From an uncultured virus (IMG/VR IMGVR_UViG_3300045609_000049) (Duplodnaviria; Heunggongvirae; Uroviricota; Caudoviricetes): a stretch of DNA of 64,000 nt. Each line of letters begins with the position of its first letter. Position 1 is the first letter of the stretch. The stretch lies in the IMG/VR virus record IMGVR_UViG_3300045609_000049. One strand, written 5' to 3'. A program made the translations under genes and the position numbers. Below are positions 21,880-31,000 of this stretch, piece by piece. Below the pieces are notes generated by a model. That model searched no databases. It saw nothing but the letters and a program-made list of their open reading frames with translations, and was not told where the DNA came from.

Positions 21880-22002
21880 ATGAGTACAGTAAAACAAGTA
21901 GATTTTACAGTCAAGCCTTTAAAGAAGACTGATCAATACTTTGGATTCTCTTTAGAAGATGATCCGATGCACATCATGCCTGACGGAACTATCTTCCATA
22001 AT
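21880..22002 (+). other. Split intein C-piece (41 aa, blocks F and G)
   Basis: DQYFGFSLEDD...DGTIFHN followed by Ser; own RBS and start. Confidence 0.85.
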
Positions 22003-25000
22003 TCTGGCAAGAGTGTTTGTGAGCAGAGCATAGTTGGCCACGTATCTAGATATTCAGATAGATTTCAGTTGGTAGGAGTCGACTGTAAGCGTATTTAATT
22101 CAATGCGCATTTCTATTGAACTCTATTGCTCAGAGGTGTGATTTAGATTTTATTCTAAATTGCTAACGGTATCAGCAAAATAAGCATAGTTGGTTGGGTG
22201 TTACAACAGTACCAACTTTAATAATGACGAAACAGCTGACTAAGAGAATCTAAGCCTAGAAATAGGTCAGTTAAAGACAATACCGTGCTAAGTCCGAAAG
22301 GAAAAGTGTATCGACTATCTCCGTGAGGAGAGTACATCCGAGAATGAGCTACGGGTGGAAGTGGTAGAAGTATAATTTTAAAGGAGTTTTTAATAATGAT
22401 TATTTGTAAAATTTGTGGAAAGGAATGTTCTGATAGAGGAATAGGCGCACATGTAAAAATCAGCATAGTATGATGCCTGTCCAATATTATGATACATATT
22501 ATGGTAAACATAAATGTCCAGTGTGTGGAAAAGATACAAATTTCAGAAGTATTCATCAAGGATATTTAGAATTTTGTAGCATTAAATGTGCAGATTTAGA
22601 ACGAAGTATATTTAAAACTAGAAATCCACAGAAAGACCCACAAATAAAGCAAAAAACACAGGAAACATGCATTAAAAGATATGGAGTATCTAATCCATAT
22701 CAAATAGAACATGTAAAAACTAAATGTATTGCAAATAATCATACAAAAGATGCTTTAGATAAACGTACAAAATCATTATATAAAAATCTTGAAAACTTTT
22801 GTAAAGCCAATAATTGTATTACTATGGGAGAAGCATTAAAAATAAATCCATGCATAGGTTGGTGGAGTGAAGTAGATTTTATTATCTATAAGAAATGGCG
22901 TAAATGTATATCTAAAGACGATTTAGACATTATTAAAAACTATAAGCCAAATAATAACCGAAGTAAAAATGAGATCAAATTATATAATCTTATTTGCGAT
23001 AATTTTAATGGTATAGTTGAACATTCAACTAGATCTGTAATAAATCCATTAGAATTAGACATCTACATTCCAGATCTTAAATTAGCAATTGAATATAATG
23101 GTTGTTATTATCATTCTATAGAAGCTGGAACACTTAAAGATTATCATCTTGAAAAATCATTAAGATGTAGAGATTTAGGAATTAGACTTATTCATATCTA
23201 TGACTTTGAAAATTTTGATACTCAATGTAAGTTAGTGTTAAAATTACTTCAGGGTACAGATGAATTTTGTAAAATAGACTTCAATAAAAATAATCTTATA
23301 GAAGTCGTTCCTAAACCTGAATTAATTTTTAGTGATTTGAATCTTCATGTTTATGGCGCTGGAAAATTATACAAGATATAGTCAGTTTATTATGGAAACA
23401 TAATAAGATAACGGTAGAATTTAATTTACTTAGAGGCGTAGATTTTGCGCATCTTTATTGAACCTTATTACTCAAGGGTGTCTTAGAAATAAGGCTAACG
23501 GTAGAAGTTGAATAAGACTGCTATATGAAATGTTACAACAAGATATATAGCCATAGACCAAAGACGAAGTCGCTTCGTAAGAGAACCTACGGTCCAGAAA
23601 TGGATAGCAGGCAATACCGTGCTAAGCTTATACTGTTTAAAGGTGCAATAAAACTTGATATAATAGTATTAGAAAGTGTATCGACTATTCCCGAGAGAGG
23701 GAAGTACAGCCGAGGATGAGTTACGGTTGGAAGTAGTAGAGGTATATAAAATGATTAAATGTAAAATATGTAATGCAGAATATAATACATATAAACAATT
23801 ATCTTGGCATGTCAAATATCATAATCTGACAAATCAACAATATTATGATATGTATATGAAACAGCCTAATGAGGGTTATTGTTTAATGTGTAGAAAAGTT
23901 ACTGCATTTATAAGTCTAAATTTAGGGTATAGACAACATTGTAATAAACAATGTACTAAGTTAGACAAACAAGTTCAAGTAAAAAGATTAAACACTAATA
24001 TTGATAGATATGGATATGCAACATCATTAAGTTCTAAAGAAACTCAAGATAAAATAAAACAAACATTTATTAGAAAATATGGAGTATCAAATCCTTATGC
24101 TGCAGAATCAGTAAAGGAAAAGATAAAACAAAATAATTTAGAACAGTACGGAGTAGAAAATCCACAACAACGTGATGATGTTAAACAGAAAACGGCAACA
24201 ACTAATTTAGAATTATATGGAAATACATGTGTAATGCAAAGTGAATCTGTAAAAAGTAAAGTAAGACAAACTATGCAAGAACGATATGGTTCTGATAACA
24301 TATTTGGTTCTGAATATGGAAAACAGAAAATTAAAGAAACTAACTTAGAACGTTATGGAGTTGAGAATCCTCAGCAGAATCATGATATTCACGTAAAAAC
24401 ACTGAAACATTATAAGTATAATTCATTAAATTTTGACAGTTCTTGGGAATTAGCAGTTTATATTTATTGTATAGACCATAATATATCAATTATTAGAGAA
24501 TCAGTACGATTCAAATATATCAATTCAAATGGTGTTGAAAGCTATTATTTTCCAGATTTTGAAATTGAAGGTCATATAGTTGAAATTAAAGGTGGACAAT
24601 TTTTAGACAAGAACAATAAGTTAAAAGATAAAGCAAAACAAAAATGTATAGATGAACATAATGTTGAATTATGGATTAAGTCAGATGTTCAGAAATATAT
24701 TCAGTATTGTGAAGAAAAGTTTGGTAGTACTAAATGGTATAATCAATTTAGATAATCATTTTATATATAAGATATAGTCAGTTCATTATTGAAAAATAGT
24801 GAGTAAATGAAAAGGTGTAAAAGGAGTAGCTTTAGATGTACCTACGGCCGCAGACGCCGTGGCAAATTTCCAACAGATTATGATGGAGAGATTTAAGTTC
24901 ATGGAGCAGATGCAGGTTGATTTTATAAAATTATTGGCTTGCGCGTAGAGTGATCTGCGTGAGAAATTAACTATTTAATTGCTGGGATAATATTCTTTTA

Positions 25001-28000
25001 ATGAATATGACTTTAACAACAATCAAGCTATAACATAATTGGAAACAATAAGTGTGAATTGCAACGAAAGTAGAAAAAATTGATTGTTTGACCTATGGTT
25101 AAATCCTAAGGGTTAGTAGAATGAGAAATCAGCAGCTAAGTACCCTAACGTTATACTGAGATCATCAGTTAGCTAAGTCGAGGGTAAAAGTTCAACGACT
25201 AGAGCTCACAGAGGCTACATCATAAAAATAAGAGTGGAAATCTCGAATATTTGTAGCAATACTCGTAGGGCCTATTATGGTGGGTGAGAATCCCTTAAAT
25301 CGAAAAGGTAGTCCCTTATTTATAAGGTGAAGATATAGTCTAAGGAGAGATCAGAATGAATGAAACAATATGTAGAATATGTAATCAACCAATTTCAAAT
25401 AGGTTGTTTAAGAAACATTTAGAACAACATAATATTAGTCAACAACCATATTATGATAGGTACTTTGGAAAAGGTGTATGTGAAGTATGTGGTAAACCTA
25501 CCAGCTTTAAGGATATTTTCAAAGGTTATAATAATTATTGTTCTAGATCATGCTTAAATAAATCTACTATACATTCTGATTCAGTTAAAACTACTAAAAC
25601 TATTAGGTATGGAACTCCTACATACAATAATCCAAGTAAGACAAGTGAATCTTTATTAAATAGAACAGATGATGAAAAACAAAAATCTATTCTTAAAAGA
25701 AAATCTACTTGTCAAGAAAAGTATGGAGATGAAACATATAATAATAGTAAAAAGTATAAAGAAACTTGTCTTAAGGTATATGGAACAGTGATTCCATTTG
25801 CTGCAGAATCAGTAAAGCAGAAAATTTCAGACAAATATTATGCTAAATCTGCTGAAGAAAAGAAAGCGATTTATACAAAGAGACAAGCAACATTTGATAG
25901 TAAAACTGAAGAAGAAATGAAAATTATTGGTCAGAAACATAGAGATGCATATATGTTGAAGTCAGATAAAGAAAAAGCTGAGATTAAACATAAAAGCTAT
26001 CTGACTAAAAAGAAGAATCATTCATTTAAGGTATCAAAGACTGAAGATTTATGTTATGTACAACTTTTAAGTATTTATCCAGATGCTAAACATGGATATA
26101 AGTCAACTAAATATCCTTTTGTATGTGATTTATACATTCCATCTAAAGATATTTATATTGAGCTTAACTTTCATTGGACACATGGATTACATCCATACAA
26201 TAAGAAAAATGATAGTAAAAAGTTAGCAGAGTGGATAGAAAAATCTAAAACATCTAAGTATTTTGAAAATGCTATTTATACTTGGACAGTTAGAGATACA
26301 CACAAGTTAAAAGTAGCTAAACATAATAAAGTACAATTATTTGTATTTTATACTAAATCTGAGTTTGATACTTGGTTATCTATGCAATAATGTTTATAAA
26401 ATCAAAGACAAGGAAGTAAATTATTTTACCACAATGGGCAAAACTGTTCAGTTTGATGAAATCTTTGAGCTTATGGTAGACCTTGACGAAAATGATAGAA
26501 ACTATAGTAAAATGAAGGCCATCTATCCTGAAGGACGTCAGCCTATTATTACGACTATTCAAAAGATTTATGATGGTATGATGGAAGGTAAGTGGGATGG
26601 TAGAAATCCTCAGTTACCTGAAGTAAAAGGTTACAACTCATATATCGACAAGAATAGTATTAGAATGACGAAGGGCATTTATACTCCTAAAGTATTACTC
26701 TTCCTTGCAGATGAGTTGAATGAGTTGATGACATCAGACGATTATAAGTCAGTTGATATTGTTAAACAAGCACTGGGATCTATAGCTAGACTCGGTAGAG
26801 CTTATTTGTTGTAGGCTCGGTATATAAAATTATAAGATATAAGGTAAATAAAATGTTAAATGAATTGCAATGTAAGATTTGTGGATATAAAGCATCTACA
26901 AAACAAGGTTTTAATAGTCATTTATCACATAGACATCATATAAAATCAAAAGATTATTATGATAATTATCTTAAACAAGATGGTGAAGGAATATGTCATT
27001 GTGGTAATCCAACAAAATTTAGAAATATGTGGTATGGCTATAACAGACATTGTTGTACTAGATGTATTCCATTAGATCCAGACGTACAAAATAAAATGAA
27101 AATTACTTGTCAAGAAAAATATGGCACAGATTATGCTTGGCAAGCAGAACAAACAAAAGCTAAGATTAAACAAACTACTAGAAATCATTATGGAGTAGAT
27201 TGTTATTTACACACAGATGCATGTAGAAAAATTACATCTGAAGTTACTAGTTCTGATAAAGTTAAAGATAAGATTAAACAATCTAATTTAAAACGTTATG
27301 GAGTAGAATGTTCATTTCAAGCCTCAGTAGTTAAAGATAAGATTAAGTGTACTAAATTAGATAGATATGGCCATGAAACTTATAATAACTTAGATAAAGC
27401 AAAAGAAACTAGTAGAGCTAAATATGGAGTAGATAATCCTGCTCAATCTATAAAAGTACAAAATAAAATGAAAGCTACATGTTTGGAACGTTATGGTGTT
27501 GATAATATCTGGAAAGATAGAGATTCTAGATTAAAAGCTAAAAAGAAGTCACAAAAATCTATGTGTAAACATGGAAATAGATCTTCCTTAGAAGCTTTAT
27601 TAGAGCAATATTTTATTGATAATCATATTAAATATGAACCAGAATATAATAAAGATATTCGTTATCCATATTTTTGTGATTTTTATTTACCAGATTTTGA
27701 TTTATTTATTGAAATAAATGGATATTACACACACTGTAATCATTGGTTTGATTCAAATAATTCAGAAGATGTTAATAAGTTAAACGAACTTATTGAAAAG
27801 TCTAAAGTTCATTCAATGTACAAAACTTGTATAAGAGTTTGGACTCAATCTGATGTAGAGAAACGAAATTGTGCCAAAAATAATAAACTTAATTATGTTG
27901 TATTATGGTCTAAACAAGATATTCTTGATTGGATTAATTCTGGATTTGAAATTAGACATGATTATTAAATTTATCTTATAATAATATATATAAAAATTAA

Positions 28001-31000
28001 CCTATTGAATTGCTGGAACAGTACATTAGTACGTACCTAAAGTTCTTTCAGCTACAACGTAGAGATGAAATATGCTCAAGCGTGATATGCGGAGAAATCA
28101 GAAAAAATGAAAGAAATGGCCTATGGTTAAATCCTAAGGGTTATAAGAATGGAAAATCAGCAGCTAAGCCTCGAATAGAGGAAAGTTCAGAGACTATCGA
28201 AAGCATAGTATAAGAGAAATACTTATATGAAGAAGTGAGTAGAGTAGCTTTATAAGCGAAGTGGTAGGCATTTCATATTGGCTAATGCAATATGGGATGA
28301 AGATATAGTCCAACTTTTATATGAAAGTATAAAATATAGTGGCAGCAGTACATCTTGCTCTTGCTTAACTAAAAATACGGAGTTTTATTAATGAAATGTT
28401 TAATTTGTGAACATGAAAGTCCAATATATTTGTAGAAATTAACGGTTATTGGATGTATAATACACATTGGTTTGATGAAAATTCTATAGAAGATTTAAAC
28501 GCATTAAAAGAGTGGAAAAAGAAAGCTAAAACTTCTACAAGAATGCAATCAGCTATAAATATTTGGACAAAAATTGATATAGAAAAACGTAATTGTGCCA
28601 AAAGTAATAAGTTAAATTACGTAGTTCTATGGACAATAGAAGATATTCAGAATTGGATAGATTCTAATTTCAAAATTAGACATGATTATTAAAAAACATA
28701 ATATTTAGACAGGCACTATATACAAGTAATTGTGTGTAGTTATCCCATTGAATTGCTGGAAACTCTTTAGAGCTTCTTAAACTACAGCATAGTACCTTAA
28801 ATGGTACAGGTGCGAATGTTTGAAAATTAAGAAGATTAGACAATCAGCAGCTAAGGCCGAAAGGTAAAGTTCAACGACTATCGAAAGTATAATTATAGAG
28901 AAATACTATAATGAATAAATGAGTAGAGTAGCAGAAATGCGAAGTGGTGGGCATCTTATAAAGGTTAATACAATATAAGATGAAGATATAGTCTAATAGT
29001 ACAATTGTACTAGTGTCAGAGAGCAAGTGGTTCTACTATTTCAACAGACTTGAAGAACAATATTCAGATGAGTGTTCTTTTAGGTGGATTTGATGATGGT
29101 GCATCACAGTTAATGTTTGAAAAGGATTAACAATGAATAGTCCCTATGTACAGAAATGTGCATAGCAAACCAATTTAATTGCTGGAAATTTAATTCCTAG
29201 AGAATTACGTAGAAATACGCTAAAGCCTTCTCGCCACAGCATAAGCATGAAATATAGTTAAGTGCGACGGTAGTGAAAACAGAAAGAAGTAAGAAGGATT
29301 GTATAAGGTTAAATCCTAAGTACAACAAAATGGATAACCAGCAGCCAAGTTCCGAATAGGAAAAGGTTCAACGACTATCGAAAGCTACAGGTCTTGAAAC
29401 ACAGATGAAAATAAGATGACTATTTAATTATATAGTCATACGAAGTGAGTAGAGTAGTGCCGAGTGGTGAGCATCTATATGAGATTAGTATAGAGTAAGT
29501 CTATTAAAACGAAATGGTTGGTATTATTTTAGATTAAAAATATAATAGAAAGGAGACTTACATGAAATGTTTAGAATGTGGACAAGATATTAAAAATAAT
29601 ATTGCATTAGGTTTACATGTTAAAAAACATAATATGACTAGTAAAGAGTATTATGATAAATATATGCGAAAATCTAATGAAGGCATTTGTCCTACTTGTA
29701 AGAAAGAAACTCCTTGGCAATCGTTTGATAGAGGGTATCTTAAACATTGTTCATATAAATGTACTCAAAATGATCCTAAAGTAATTAAAAAACGTGAAGA
29801 TCATTTTATGAGTAAATATGGTGTTAAGAATCCATATCAAGCAGAAGAAGTAAAACAAAAAATAAAAGAAAGTAATTTAGCTAATTATAGTGTTGAATAT
29901 AATTTACAGAGAAAAGAAACTATTCAACAGGCAAAACAAACTAAATTAGAACGTTATGGAGATCAAAATTATAATAATACAACAAAAGCTAAGACAACTT
30001 GTTTAGATAAATATGGAGTAGATTCATATTCAAAAACTGATAAATTTAAGTCTATTATTAGAGAACAAGTAGATTTTTATGCAATTGCTAAAAAAGGATT
30101 AGTAACACATAATAGTAAAGTAGATAAACAATGTAAGTTGGGATATATAACTATACAAGATGCTTTTATTAAGTACGGTCAAAGCTGGTATAAAAATAAG
30201 ATAGTTCCAATTTTATATAAATATCATACTGGATTTATTTCTCTAGCTGATGAACAGATTATAAAATTTTATTATGAAAATAATAATGGTCATAGTAGTC
30301 AAGAAGAAAATAAGCTATTAGAATTATTGCATAAGTATTATTCTGGAACTATAATTCATGGTGAACATAAAATAATTGCACCTTTAGAATTAGACTGTTA
30401 TATTCCTGAGTTAAACATAGCTATAGAATATAATGGTATTTATTGGCATTCTGCTAAATTTAAGAATAATGACTATCATTATAATAAATCTATGTCTTGT
30501 TTTAATAAAGGCATTAGACTTATTCACTTTTATGAATTTGAAGACTGGACATATATAGAACAGTTTATTAAAGATTTATTTAATAACACTGAGCAAATTA
30601 CACATAATTTTGATAAATTTTCTCCATTACAATTTGATTATTCTACAATTGAATTTTCAGGTCCGCAATTGTTAGAATGTAATATATTTGGATCTGGAAC
30701 ATTTAATCTAAAATAATAATGATATAGTCTACTCTCATGTGAAAGCATGAGGCGAAAGCATAATAGAGTAACGAACTATTATAAATGTAAGGATTTCTCA
30801 GTTGGCTAAACCTCAGATCAAGGGAAGAGGTTTTATCGGATTAACAATCTAGTCCGGGCGTACAGTGATGTGCGTAAAAATTATCCTATTTAATTGCTGG
30901 AAAACTGATTCCAAGAGAATCACGCAGAAATGTGCCTAAGAGCTCTTCAAACTACAGCATAATACCTGTAAAATGGTATAAGTGTGACAGTTACGAAAGT

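Noticed and set aside
28010..28213. Short ORFs in intron cores (also 23525-23719 and 22218-22559)
   Set aside because: They coincide with ribozyme core sequence
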